A DNA stretch of 64,000 bases from Cyanobium sp. CZS48M (GCA_030373145.1 JAUCZK010000010.1:3679-67678); one strand, 5' to 3'. Shown: positions 41,018-50,228, counted from the stretch's first letter. Notes: generated by a model from the sequence alone, not told the origin. Translations and numbers: made by a program.

Positions 41018-42208
41018 TCACTCGGCGCTCGCCGGTCCGATCTCGCCGAGGGAGCGCATCAGCGGTGTGATCGACAGCCCTTGCACGATCACCGAAAAGG
41101 CCACCACGGCGAAGGCCACTGTCACGACGGCGTCGCGGTAAGGGAGGCTGGAGGGCAGGCCCAGCGCCAGCGCCAGGGCCAGGGCGCCGCGCAGGCCACC
41201 CCAGAAGAGCACGTGCTGGTGGCTGGCCTTCACCCTCAGGGGTGAGCCCTGAAACAGGCTGCAGCAGAGATAGGTGGACAGGGCCCGCCCCACGGTCACC
41301 AGGGAGATGGCGATGCCGATCGGCAGCAACACCCGGGTGAAGTTCTGGTGGGCCTCCAACATCCCCATCAGCAGGAAGATCAGCGAATTCACCACGAAGG
41401 CGGCGTAATCCCAGAACGACTGAACCGCCTCGCGCCCCTTGGGGGAGATGGCACCCAGGGGCCCGAGGTTGCCCAGCATGATTCCGGCAGTGAGGGTGGC
41501 CAGCACCCCCGACACCTCCAGGTGCTCCGCCAGCAGGAAGGAACCGTAGGCCGCAATCGTGGTGAAGGTGATCTCCACCAGGGGATCTTCGGTGCGGCCG
41601 GCCAGGGCGAGCAAGGCCGCTGCCACCGCCGCGCCACAAGCCACGCCCCCCACGATCGTGACCGCCAGAAACTGAGCGGTGCCCAACGGCGTGATGGCGG
41701 CGCCGGTGGCGAAGGCGATCGCGATGCCGAAGCCCACGGCGGCGGTGCTGTCGTTGAGAAGGCTCTCCGCTTCGACCAGCTCCCGCAGCCGGCCATGCAC
41801 GCCCGCCTCCTTGAAGGTGGCGATCACCGACACCGGATCGGTGGCCGAGATCAGCACGCCGAACAGCAGCGATGCCGGCCAGCTCCAGTGAGCCAGGACG
41901 TGCATCCCCGCCGTGGTGATGCCGGCGGAGAGCACCACCCCCACCGTGGCCAGGGTGAGCACCACCGGCAGGTCCTTGCGCAGCGACGGCCAAGCGATGT
42001 AGATCGCCGCCTCGAAGATCAACGGCGGCAGAAAGGCATTGAAGATCAGCTCCCGCGTCAGGGCGATGTCGGGGGCGAAGGGCAGCCAGGCCAGCACGAT
42101 GCCCCCCAGCACCAGGCCCACGCTGTAGGGCAGCCGCAGCCTGCGGGCCACCATGGCCACCACCGCCGCCACCAGCAGCAGCAGCTCGACCGATTCGATG
42201 GTGAGCAT
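41018..42208 (-). CDS. CPA1-family Na+/H+ antiporter (NhaP-like)
   Basis: LPPLIFEAA, ISATDPVSV, ESLLND, GGLRGAL. Confidence 0.92.
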   Translation of the reverse strand: MLTIESVELLLLVAAVVAMVARRLRLPYSVGLVLGGIVLAWLPFAPDIALTRELIFNAFLPPLIFEAAIYIAWPSLRKDLPVVLTLATVGVVLSAGITTAGMHVLAHWSWPASLLFGVLISATDPVSVIATFKEAGVHGRLRELVEAESLLNDSTAAVGFGIAIAFATGAAITPLGTAQFLAVTIVGGVACGAAVAAALLALAGRTEDPLVEITFTTIAAYGSFLLAEHLEVSGVLATLTAGIMLGNLGPLGAISPKGREAVQSFWDYAAFVVNSLIFLLMGMLEAHQNFTRVLLPIGIAISLVTVGRALSTYLCCSLFQGSPLRVKASHQHVLFWGGLRGALALALALGLPSSLPYRDAVVTVAFAVVAFSVIVQGLSITPLMRSLGEIGPASAE

Positions 42209-42352
42209 GGGCGTGCGGCGTCCGCTGCAGTCCATTAAGTCTGGAAGCTGGCGGCCGTCAGCGTCAGCGCGGCGAATGAGGTGGGCTGCTGGGTGATCAG
42301 GCCAGGACATCCATGGTGGCCTCAACGCCTTCGAAGCCCTGTTGGACCTTTG

Positions 42353-42480
42353 CCCTTGCAGCAGCTTCAGGGCGATCTGCTCAGGGGTGTGGCGCTTGCG
42401 TTCATGAGATTTCTCCGGGCCAAGCCTGGCTGGCAGGGCAGCTCCCCTGAGGACTGGGTCAGGTTTTGGGATCCACGTCA
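42353..42480 (-). mobile_element. IS3-family left-end remnant
   Basis: ATG AA- CGC AAG CGC CAC ACC CCT GAG CAG ATC gives MKRKRHTPEQI with a 1-bp deletion; TG-starting end TGACGTGGATCCCAAAACCTGACCCAG about 75 bp upstream. Confidence 0.55.
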
Positions 42481-42503
42481 AGCGCGCTGCATCGCCAAGG
42501 AGC

Positions 42504-42521
42504 TTCACAAGCTGTTACATT
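42504..42521 (+). promoter_or_regulatory. HLR1-like (RpaB-type) site upstream of the hli operon
   Basis: TTCACAAG-CT-GTTACATT, 6/8 and 8/8 to consensus; an extra GTTACA lies at 42536. Confidence 0.55.
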
Positions 42522-42544
42522 TGTTCAAGAACACCGTTACACAC

Positions 42545-42694
42545 ATGACTGATTCCGCTTCCGCTTCCCGCTTTGGGTTTGTCGCCTTTGCCGAAACCTG
42601 GAATGGCCGCCTCGCCATGCTCGGCTTCGTGATCGGCCTGGGCACCGAGCTGCTCACCGGTCAGGGCATCCTTTCCCAGATCGGGCTGGGCTGA
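42545..42694 (+). CDS. hli: high light-inducible protein (HLIP)
   Basis: MTDSASASRFGFVAFAETWNGRLAMLGFVIGLGTELLTGQGILSQIG. Confidence 0.93.
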   Translation: MTDSASASRFGFVAFAETWNGRLAMLGFVIGLGTELLTGQGILSQIGLG

Positions 42695-42699
42695 TCGCC

Positions 42700-42816
42700 A
42701 TGAGCACCGACTACACCGCAGCTACCGCCGCCGTCATCGCCCTTGTGGTTGTTCTGACCGGCATGGTGACCTTCCTGCTCAGCCGTCCCAGCGATCTGGC
42801 CCAGAAAACCCGATGA
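42700..42816 (+). CDS. 38-aa single-TM microprotein
   Basis: MSTDYTAATAAVIALVVVLTGMVTFLLSRPSDLAQKTR; starts 5 bp after the hli stop. Confidence 0.55.
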   Translation: MSTDYTAATAAVIALVVVLTGMVTFLLSRPSDLAQKTR

Positions 42817-42890
42817 CCGCCGCCCTCACCATCGTTTTGTTCAGCACCTGGCTGGCTGCTGCCCTGCTGCAGCCAGATCCCGCGGACTGA
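42813..42890 (+). CDS. 25-aa single-TM microprotein
   Basis: MTAALTIVLFSTWLAAALLQPDPAD; ATGA overlap with the previous ORF. Confidence 0.45.
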   Translation: MTAALTIVLFSTWLAAALLQPDPAD

Positions 42891-42923
42891 CGACCAGCCC
42901 ACGTCCACTCACTACAGGAACCG

Positions 42924-43160
42924 ATGACCAACACTCCACTTAACGTGCCCAGCGCCCAGGAGCCCACTGAACAGCAGATCCACATGGATCAGCTCAAGCG
43001 CGCTGAGCTCTTCAATGGCCGCGCCGCCATGCTCGGCATTGTGATCGGCATTGTCGTCGAGGGGCTGACGGGCTTCGGGATTGCCCACCAGATCGGCCTT
43101 GGCGCCCTCGTGGATGGCTACGCCGCCTGCCGCACCCAGTATCTGCCGTTCTGTTTCTGA
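42924..43160 (+). CDS. hli: HLIP / chlorophyll a/b-binding family protein with C-terminal extension
   Basis: AELFNGRAAMLGIVIG; tail VDGYAACRTQYLPFCF. Confidence 0.88.
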   Translation: MTNTPLNVPSAQEPTEQQIHMDQLKRAELFNGRAAMLGIVIGIVVEGLTGFGIAHQIGLGALVDGYAACRTQYLPFCF

Positions 43161-43283
43161 TCCACAGGTCCAAGTGCGGATCACTTCAAACCCCTGAGCC
43201 CTGCCTGAGGGTGAAACGGATGGGGTGAATTCCTATGTCTCATCGCACCGACGGTAACCACCCGCTTCATCAGCCCCACAGGT

Positions 43284-45407
43284 TCAGCCCTCCAGCTGAA
43301 TAGCCATGGGCATTCGCAGCAGTCGCAGACCATTGGCGATCACGATCAGGCTGGTGCCCATGTCCGCGAAGACTGCCATCCACATCGTGGCGTTTCCAGC
43401 CAGGGTGAGCACCAGGAAGAGGGCTTTGATTCCCAGCGCCAACGCGATGTTCTGGCGCAGGATTCGAAAGGTGCGGCGCGAAAGGGCGATGGTTTCCGGC
43501 ACGCACATCAGATCGTCGTTCATGATCACCACATCAGCCGCTTCCATGGCGATGTGGGTGCCGGCGGCCCCCATCGCAAAACCGATGTTCGCCTGAGCCA
43601 GAGCCGGCGCATCGTTGATCCCATCGCCGGCCATGGACGTGGATCCATAGCGGGACTGCAGGTCGGACACCACCTCGAGCTTCTCCTGGGGCAGCAGGTT
43701 GCTCTTCACCTGATGGATCCCTGCCTGGGCCGCAATCGCAGAGGCTGTGGCGGCGTTGTCACCCGTGAGCATCACCGGGGTGACGCCCAGGGCCCGAAGG
43801 GCTTCCATCGCGGCCAATGAGCTGGGCCGCACGGTGTCGGCGACGGCGATCAGGGCGAGCACGCCGTTGTCATCGGCCAGCAGGCTGAGCGAGCGGCCCA
43901 TGTGCTCGTGAGCTTCCATCGTGGCTTCCAGCGCGCTCGAGCAGAGCCCCAGCTCCTCGATCCAGCGGTGATTCGCCAGCATCAGAGGCCGCCCCGAGAT
44001 CAGGCCGCGCACACCCCGGCCCGGCAGGGCCTCGAAGCCCTTCACGTTCAGACGCTCGCCATCAAGGCCTGCAGCAACGGCCCGCGAGACGGGATGGTCG
44101 GAGCGCTCCGCCAGGCTGCTGGCCAGTTGTTGCAGCCCAGCGGCATCGCCGCCCTCCTGCAGGGGGAGGAAGGCCACCAGTTTCGGCTTGCCCAGGGTGA
44201 TCGTGCCGGTCTTGTCGAGCGCCAACACCTTGATCTTGCGGGCCTCCTCAAGGTAGAGACCACCCTTGATGATGATGCCGCGCCGTGCGGCGGTGGCCAA
44301 GCCGCTCACCACCGTGACCGGGGTGGCGATCACCAGTGCACAGGGGCAGGCGATCACCAGCAGCACCAAGGCCTTGTAGATCGCCTGCAGAGGCGTGAAC
44401 CCCAGCCAGGGGGGCGCCAGCAGGGCAACAGCCAGGGCGACCACGAAAACTGCGGGTGTGTAGCGCGCTGCGAAGCGATCGACGAAGCGCTGGATCGGCG
44501 CGCGGGACGCCTGGGCTTCCTCCACGGCCTGAATGATCCGCGCCAGGGTGCTCTGTGAGGCGGGCGCCGTCACGCGGATCTGGAGCTCGCCGCTCTGATT
44601 GATCGTGCCCGCGAAGACTTCATCACCACGGCTCTTGTCCACCGGCAGGCTTTCGCCGGTGATCGGGGCCTGATCGATCGCGCTCTCGCCGCTGAGCACG
44701 GTGCCATCGAGCGGCAGCCGTTCGCCCGGGCGGACGCGCACCACATCGCCGATCACCGCGGCACTGACGCTGACTCTCCGCCAACGGTCATCCTGCTGGA
44801 GGATCTCCGCCTCGTCGGGGGCCATCGCCATCAGGCTGGTGATCGCCTGGCGAGCCCGATCCACCGCCCGCGCTTCGATCGCCTCAGCTACGGAATACAG
44901 CGCCATCACCATGGCGGCTTCCGGCCAGCGACCGATCAGGAAGGCGCCCGTCACCGCCACGCTCATCAGGGCGTTGATGTTGAGCCGGCCTTGGCGCAGA
45001 GCGGCCAGGCCCTTGCGAAACACGGAGAAGCCCGCCAGAGCAATCGCGGCGATGGCGATCACGATCTCCGGCAGTTCGTGGCCCGGGAAGACTGGAACGA
45101 TCAGATGCAGGAGCTCCGCCGTGATCGCCAGCGCCAGGGAGCTCCCCAGGCGGAGCCGTTCGCGTCGCCGCTCGGCGCGGGTCTGGGCCGCAGACGGCCG
45201 GTGATCGGGGCTGATCGGCTCCGGGCTGAATCCAAGCCGGCGGATCGCAGCAAGGGCGGAACTCAGTGCGGCCGCTTCGGCATCGATTGCCAGAACGCGC
45301 TCGGCGAGCCGGAACTTCAGGCCGCGGATTCCGTCGAGGCCTGAGAGGGCTTGGCGAATCTCGGCTTCCTCCGTGGCGCAATCCATCGCGCTGATCCGAA
45401 TCAGCAC
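43284..45407 (-). CDS. heavy-metal P1B-type ATPase (ZntA/CadA-like)
   Basis: HMA MDCATEE, ITGES, IACPCAL, DKTGT, HP, GDGINDAP. Confidence 0.93.
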   Translation of the reverse strand: MLIRISAMDCATEEAEIRQALSGLDGIRGLKFRLAERVLAIDAEAAALSSALAAIRRLGFSPEPISPDHRPSAAQTRAERRRERLRLGSSLALAITAELLHLIVPVFPGHELPEIVIAIAAIALAGFSVFRKGLAALRQGRLNINALMSVAVTGAFLIGRWPEAAMVMALYSVAEAIEARAVDRARQAITSLMAMAPDEAEILQQDDRWRRVSVSAAVIGDVVRVRPGERLPLDGTVLSGESAIDQAPITGESLPVDKSRGDEVFAGTINQSGELQIRVTAPASQSTLARIIQAVEEAQASRAPIQRFVDRFAARYTPAVFVVALAVALLAPPWLGFTPLQAIYKALVLLVIACPCALVIATPVTVVSGLATAARRGIIIKGGLYLEEARKIKVLALDKTGTITLGKPKLVAFLPLQEGGDAAGLQQLASSLAERSDHPVSRAVAAGLDGERLNVKGFEALPGRGVRGLISGRPLMLANHRWIEELGLCSSALEATMEAHEHMGRSLSLLADDNGVLALIAVADTVRPSSLAAMEALRALGVTPVMLTGDNAATASAIAAQAGIHQVKSNLLPQEKLEVVSDLQSRYGSTSMAGDGINDAPALAQANIGFAMGAAGTHIAMEAADVVIMNDDLMCVPETIALSRRTFRILRQNIALALGIKALFLVLTLAGNATMWMAVFADMGTSLIVIANGLRLLRMPMAIQLEG

Positions 45408-45623
45408 TTCCGTGCCGCTGGCCTGCTGCGGCTTCGTGGGGGGTGGTTTCGTGCGCTGGCTCTAGCGGTGGTTCGTGTCCTGAAGCTAGCGAGAGGCGAT
45501 CATCACGCAATCGGCAACACAACTTCATCTATGAATGTGTCTGTTGTTCTCCACACCCGGCCTTCCATTGGCACGGATGGGGAAGGCGGCGTGAGTAGAC
45601 CGGAGAACCAGGGATTCTCATTC

Positions 45624-45710
45624 ATGTTGCACACAATCCCGTTGCTGGCCGCTACCTGTCTGGCGGGATTCACGGTGCTGCAACTGCTGTTCAGCACCGG
45701 GTCATGGTGA
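45624..45710 (+). CDS. possible 28-aa hydrophobic microprotein
   Basis: MLHTIPLLAATCLAGFTVLQLLFSTGSW; 21 bp upstream of rhodanese. Confidence 0.25.
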   Translation: MLHTIPLLAATCLAGFTVLQLLFSTGSW

Positions 45711-45731
45711 TCAGCTAATGGCTGGTTCGCG

Positions 45732-46184
45732 ATGCAAAGCTTCGTGTGGTTCTGGCTGAAGCAGTGGATCCGGTTGCGCTATTCATCGGTTCCCTCCATT
45801 CATCCTGATCGCCTGCAAAAGATTCTGGCGATGCAGCAGACTGGCGAGTGGTTGATTCTCGACGCCCGCACGGCCGCCGAATTCAACGTGAGTTGCCTCC
45901 CAGGCGCGGTGCCTATCGGGGATGGAGAGGAGATTCCGCTCTCAGGCCCGCTGGGCAAAGCCTCGAGGGAGCGGCCGATCCTGGTGTGCTGTGCGGTGGG
46001 GGTGCGCAGTGCTGCCGTGGTGAACCGGCTGCGGGATCGGGGCTTCCGCAAGGCCGTGAATCTGGAGGGAGGGCTGTTTGAATGGGTGAATCAAGGGCAT
46101 CAGCTGGTGCATGAGGGCCAACCCACCACGCTTGTGCATCCGTTCAATCGCTTCTGGGGTCTGCTCCTGAAGCCGCACCGATGA
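45732..46184 (+). CDS. rhodanese-like domain protein
   Basis: ILDART..EFNVSCLPGA, CAVGVRS loop, NLEGGLFEW. Confidence 0.85.
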   Translation: MQSFVWFWLKQWIRLRYSSVPSIHPDRLQKILAMQQTGEWLILDARTAAEFNVSCLPGAVPIGDGEEIPLSGPLGKASRERPILVCCAVGVRSAAVVNRLRDRGFRKAVNLEGGLFEWVNQGHQLVHEGQPTTLVHPFNRFWGLLLKPHR

Positions 46185-46195
46185 GAGGCACTGGC

Positions 46196-46927
46196 ATGGC
46201 GCCACTGTCGATCATCATTCCCACCCTGAACGAGGCCGCCAGCCTGGGACGCACGCTGGCGAATGTGCATGCCCTCGATCCACCGGCCCTCGAAGTGCTG
46301 GTGGTAGATGGCGGCAGCTGCGACGCCACCCGGGCGATCGCCACCGCGGCGGGTGTGGAGGTCTTCCCCTGCGAATCAGCGGGCCGGGCGATCCAGATGA
46401 ATGCAGGCGCGCGGCAGGCCCGCGGCAGCCTGCTCTGCTTTCTGCATGCCGACACCCTCGTTCCCACCGATCTGGTGGCGATCGCGGAGCGGGTGCTGGA
46501 GGACCGGGCCATCGCCGGGGCGGGCTTCGTGTCGCTGATGAGTGGCGAAGACACCACCCGTTGGGGGATTTCGGCCCTGAACCTGCTCAAGACCCATCTG
46601 GCGCCATTGCTGTTTCGCCCACACCTGTATTGGCGCGGACTGCGTCTGCTGTTCGGCGATCAGGTGATGATCTGTCGCCGGCAAACCTTCTGGGAGGTCG
46701 GTGGCTTCAACGAAGCTCTGCCGATCCTGGAGGACGGCGATCTCTGCCTGCGGCTGCTGAAGCAGGGACGCATCCGGCTGATCAACCGGGTGGTGATCAG
46801 TTCCGACCGGCGGGTGCAGCGCTGGGGCGCCGGCAAGGCCGCTGCGATCTATCTCTCCATCGGCGTGCTCTGGGGTCTGGGCATGCCACCAGCGCCCCTG
46901 AAGCGCCTCTACGAGGACATCCGCTGA
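46196..46927 (+). CDS. GT2 glycosyltransferase, TIGR04283-like (arsenosugar-associated)
   Basis: SIIIPTLNEA, VDGGS, GRAIQMNAGA, FLHAD, FGDQ, EDGDL, SSDRR. Confidence 0.85.
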   Translation: MAPLSIIIPTLNEAASLGRTLANVHALDPPALEVLVVDGGSCDATRAIATAAGVEVFPCESAGRAIQMNAGARQARGSLLCFLHADTLVPTDLVAIAERVLEDRAIAGAGFVSLMSGEDTTRWGISALNLLKTHLAPLLFRPHLYWRGLRLLFGDQVMICRRQTFWEVGGFNEALPILEDGDLCLRLLKQGRIRLINRVVISSDRRVQRWGAGKAAAIYLSIGVLWGLGMPPAPLKRLYEDIR

Positions 46928-47601
46928 TTCAGGCTCCAGTCGTAGGGCAGAAACGCGACCCGGGGTTGATGATCCGGTACCGAAACGCCGCTCAGGCGGG
47001 GGAGGATGTAGTCGGGCAGGGAAGGCGCCACCGCCAGGAAATCAGCCTTGTACCACCGGAAGATCTTGCTGCAGTACAGAACGCCCCTCTCAGCATCGAA
47101 TCGCACCTTGGCGCGGTTGTTGATGAAGCGGGTCACATCCTGCTCCAATTGCTCTTCCACCCGCTCCGGCGTGTAGGCCTCATGGCGCAGCAGCGGACAA
47201 CCCAACGAGGCACAGACGATCGCGAAGTGGATGCGGGGATCACCAGTGCGCTGGCGCAGCATCCTGTTTTCGATCTGCGCCAGGCTGAATAACTCATTGC
47301 CAAGGCGATGCACGCGCCGCTGGAAGAAGCGCAAGAACGCGATCCAGTTCGGAAGGCCGATCAAGGTGGGGCGGATCGACACGATTGGATAGGCCGAGAG
47401 CACCGCCTGGATTGTGAAAGCGTTGTAGAGGTTGATCCAGTGGGCGATGTGATCCTGGCGGCCGTGGGTATCAGCAGATTGCCTGGCCAGCCAGCGGATG
47501 AGGGTCTCGGGGTGGTGGGTTCTCCAGGCTTCGTAATCCACCCGGCCGTCCCGGTCCACGTAGTGCTGGAGCAGATGATTCCAGGCGGGCAGGTCGTTCA
47601 T
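46909..47601 (-). CDS. DUF547 domain protein
   Basis: VDRDGRVDY, AHWINLYNAFT, DPRIHFAIVCASLGCP, SKIFRWY, YDWSLN. Confidence 0.88.
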   Translation of the reverse strand: MNDLPAWNHLLQHYVDRDGRVDYEAWRTHHPETLIRWLARQSADTHGRQDHIAHWINLYNAFTIQAVLSAYPIVSIRPTLIGLPNWIAFLRFFQRRVHRLGNELFSLAQIENRMLRQRTGDPRIHFAIVCASLGCPLLRHEAYTPERVEEQLEQDVTRFINNRAKVRFDAERGVLYCSKIFRWYKADFLAVAPSLPDYILPRLSGVSVPDHQPRVAFLPYDWSLNQRMSS

Positions 47602-47647
47602 GGTTCGGCAAGAGCCCCCGCTTCTTGATCCCAGTGTCATTGAACCA

Positions 47648-47824
47648 ATGATGGATCTGGCCAGTCCAGCAAGTCATAGTGGATGGGGCTTTCACCGCCG
47701 TGCTGAGCTCTTGAATGGTCGCCTGGCCATGTTGGGTTTTGCGATCGGAGTGGCATTGGAGCTCCTCTCAGGCCAGGGGATTCTCCATCAGCTGGGTTTT
47801 GCTGCCCTCCTTCATGGTGGTTGA
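47648..47824 (+). CDS. hli: high light-inducible protein (HLIP)
   Basis: WGFHRRAELLNGRLAMLGFAIG. Confidence 0.9.
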   Translation: MMDLASPASHSGWGFHRRAELLNGRLAMLGFAIGVALELLSGQGILHQLGFAALLHGG

Positions 47825-47833
47825 TCCCCAAAG
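47808..47833 (+). repeat. 26-bp perfect direct repeat, copy 1 (3' end of hli)
   Basis: TCCTTCATGGTGGTTGATCCCCAAAG, identical at 49683-49708. Confidence 0.9.
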
Positions 47834-48220
47834 TCGGAGATCGTGCATGGGAACCGTGCTTAGCTCGGGGATGAGCTCACCTGGGCTGGTGCCCTGCATG
47901 AGCTGAGTCAGTACGGATGCGGCAGAGTTGGGGGTAGGCATGGCCTGTCTGGTTTGAGATGGCCCGTCAGACCCACCTCCGGTGGAACTGGTCCACCGAA
48001 TTTCTACCACTCCGAGGGACTGTACTTGAATTCATCGGTCCTAGGATGGAATTACTTCGAGAAAGGGGCCTAATGGCCACCTGCGACATACCGGCTGCAT
48101 CTGCGACCACTCCGAACAAAGACGCCATGCATCAATTCAAAAAACTCTTGCAGCGAGATCACAGCTTTGCCATTACCTTGCTTGCCACGTCCACCACAGA
48201 ATGAAGGGAAGAAGTACTCC

Positions 48221-48559
48221 TCAGCTCATATCGATACCTTCGATGGAATCAAGTTCTGTCGCCAGAGCGATATCAGCGCGGGTGAGCCCCTCAGGCTGGT
48301 GGGTGTAGGTGATCGCTTCCGCATATCCCCAGCCCAGCTTGAAGTCGGCATGGTGGCCCTGTTTCTCACAAATGGCGCCAGCGTGACGGACCCAGTCGAG
48401 GGCTGAGATGAAGTCCTGAAAAGTCCAGGCTTTGTGCAAGTGATGGCCATCGACCAAATCCCAGCCTGTGAGTACGCCAAGGGACTCTTTGATCTCATCT
48501 GGTGTCAGGTTGGCAACAACATCCTCGGCAGGGCTGTCGACCATATCGGATAATGTCAT
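48221..48559 (-). CDS. pterin-4a-carbinolamine dehydratase, copy 1
   Basis: WDLVDGHHLHKAWTFQDFISAL...CEKQGHHAD...YTH..GLTRADIALA. Confidence 0.88.
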   Translation of the reverse strand: MTLSDMVDSPAEDVVANLTPDEIKESLGVLTGWDLVDGHHLHKAWTFQDFISALDWVRHAGAICEKQGHHADFKLGWGYAEAITYTHQPEGLTRADIALATELDSIEGIDMS

Positions 48560-48789
48560 AATCAGTTCGATCAGATTGGACTATGAGATTCTAGCGATGG
48601 AGAGACCGACTGAAGACTTTTTCCTGGTTGCTCAAGATGCAATCAAGGCGCTGATCTACAGCACATCAGGTGTTCAGGCCTGTGCGATCAGCCCTCTAAA
48701 ACCAGCATGCTGTAACGGAAGGCAACAGATTTGATCAAGTTCGCTTGACTCGGGTTTTGACTTCAATCATCAACATCGTCATCCCTTCA

Positions 48790-49365
48790 ATGAAAACTCA
48801 GTACTATTCCGCCTGCAGCCTGGATGGTTTCATCGCCAGCAAGGACAACTCCCTGGACTGGCTGCTTCAGTTTGGAGAAGCAGAAGGTACAGGCTACAAA
48901 GATTTTCTTTCTGAGGTTGGTGCGATCGTCATGGGCTCAACCACCTACCAGTGGTTGTTGGATCATCACATCAAAGCAGGAACAACAGAAGAAAAGCCCT
49001 GGCTCTATCAACAGCCCACGTGGGTCTTCTCGAGCCGAAAGCTACCCACCGTGCGAGATGCAGATCTGCGCTTCGTGTCTGGCGAGGTCTCTACCGTGCA
49101 CCAGCAGATGGTGGACGCAGCTCTGGGGAAGAATATCTGGGTTGCAGGAGGGGGCGAGTTGGCCGGACAGTTCTTTGATGCTGGCCTGCTTGATGAACTG
49201 ATCATTCAGGTGGCCTCGGTGACGTTGGGTCAGGGCTCGCCGCTCCTCCCGCGGCGGATCGCCTTTCCACCCCTGAGGCTCACCTCAGCGCAGGCCTTGG
49301 GAGAGGCCTTTGCTGAGCTCCACTACGAGGTACCACGGCAACCCCAGGCGTCGAGTCCCGCCTAG
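48790..49365 (+). CDS. dihydrofolate reductase-like (RibD_C) protein
   Basis: ACSLDGFIA, IVMGSTTY, IWVAGGGELA, LLDELII. Confidence 0.88.
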   Translation: MKTQYYSACSLDGFIASKDNSLDWLLQFGEAEGTGYKDFLSEVGAIVMGSTTYQWLLDHHIKAGTTEEKPWLYQQPTWVFSSRKLPTVRDADLRFVSGEVSTVHQQMVDAALGKNIWVAGGGELAGQFFDAGLLDELIIQVASVTLGQGSPLLPRRIAFPPLRLTSAQALGEAFAELHYEVPRQPQASSPA

Positions 49366-49682
49366 ATCTTGAGGTTATTGTTATCTCTTAAGGAATTGTC
49401 AAGGTTTAAACGGATCTGTGAGTAAAAGCCTATGTGAGCAGGCCCTGGCGGAGGGCAATTCTGCATCATCGACCGGAATTTATTGGCAAGGGTGATTACC
49501 ATGGAGAGAAAGGCTTCAGGGTCCGGCTGATGGCTTCAAACAAGCAACAATCGATCCAACGCTTTGCCACTGCTTCGATCTGACTGTTGAAGCACGGCGG
49601 ATTCGTTTCAGTTGTGAACTCAGCTGACTGGATCAGGCATTGGCGCTACCCCAACGACATGATGCTGGCAGTGCCTTGACCG

Positions 49683-49708
49683 TCCTTCATGGTGGTTGAT
49701 CCCCAAAG
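49683..49708 (+). repeat. 26-bp perfect direct repeat, copy 2
   Basis: Identical to 47808-47833; about 60% identity continues for roughly 30 bp downstream. Confidence 0.9.
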
Positions 49709-49901
49709 ACTGAGTCCGTACCTGGGGATCGGGCCTGAGGATCCAACCGGTGTTGCAACGGGCCTCGAGATGGCGTCCGAAGCTCGCCACTGCCGCTGGA
49801 TCGCAGGGAACGATGTGTTCCCCCTCCCTCTCGTCGCAATCAGAAAACCACTCCATCAGAAAGGAGTGCCTCTCGCCAGACAGGTCACAACGTCCTGAAC
49901 A

Positions 49902-50228
49902 TCAGGGGTTTATGGCATCGAACTTGGCAGCCAGGACGGCATCGGCTCGCGTCAGGCCATCGGCTTTGTGGGTGTAGATGTCGATTTCCACGTAGCCCCA
50001 ACCCACCCGAAAGTCACCGTGGTGTCCCTGGTCTTCACAGATGGCGCCGGCATGATTCAGCCAGGCCAATGCCGCACTGAAGTCGGGGAAGCTGAGGCGC
50101 CTGTGAAGGTGGTGGCCTTCAATCACTTTCCAACCCGGCAGCTCAGCCTGCAAGGTGGCCAGGTCATTTGCTTCAAGTGTGGGGCCACCGTCTTGGCAAG
50201 GTAGACAGGCTTCATCGCTTAGGGCCAT
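49902..50228 (-). CDS. pterin-4a-carbinolamine dehydratase, copy 2
   Basis: CLPCQDG N-terminus, GHHLHRRLSFPDF, CEDQGHHGD, YTHKADGLTRAD. Confidence 0.9.
   Translation of the reverse strand: MALSDEACLPCQDGGPTLEANDLATLQAELPGWKVIEGHHLHRRLSFPDFSAALAWLNHAGAICEDQGHHGDFRVGWGYVEIDIYTHKADGLTRADAVLAAKFDAINP

Noticed and set aside
43165-43188. IS3-like end (minus strand TGAAGTGATCCGCACTTGGACCTG) after the second hli
   Set aside because: Same orientation as the 42480 end, so not a matching inverted pair; no transposase sequence attached
48221-50228. PCD-like genes as carboxysome Rubisco-assembly factor (acRAF/Raf2)
   Set aside because: They retain the catalytic HH motif and lie 48 kb from csoS1D
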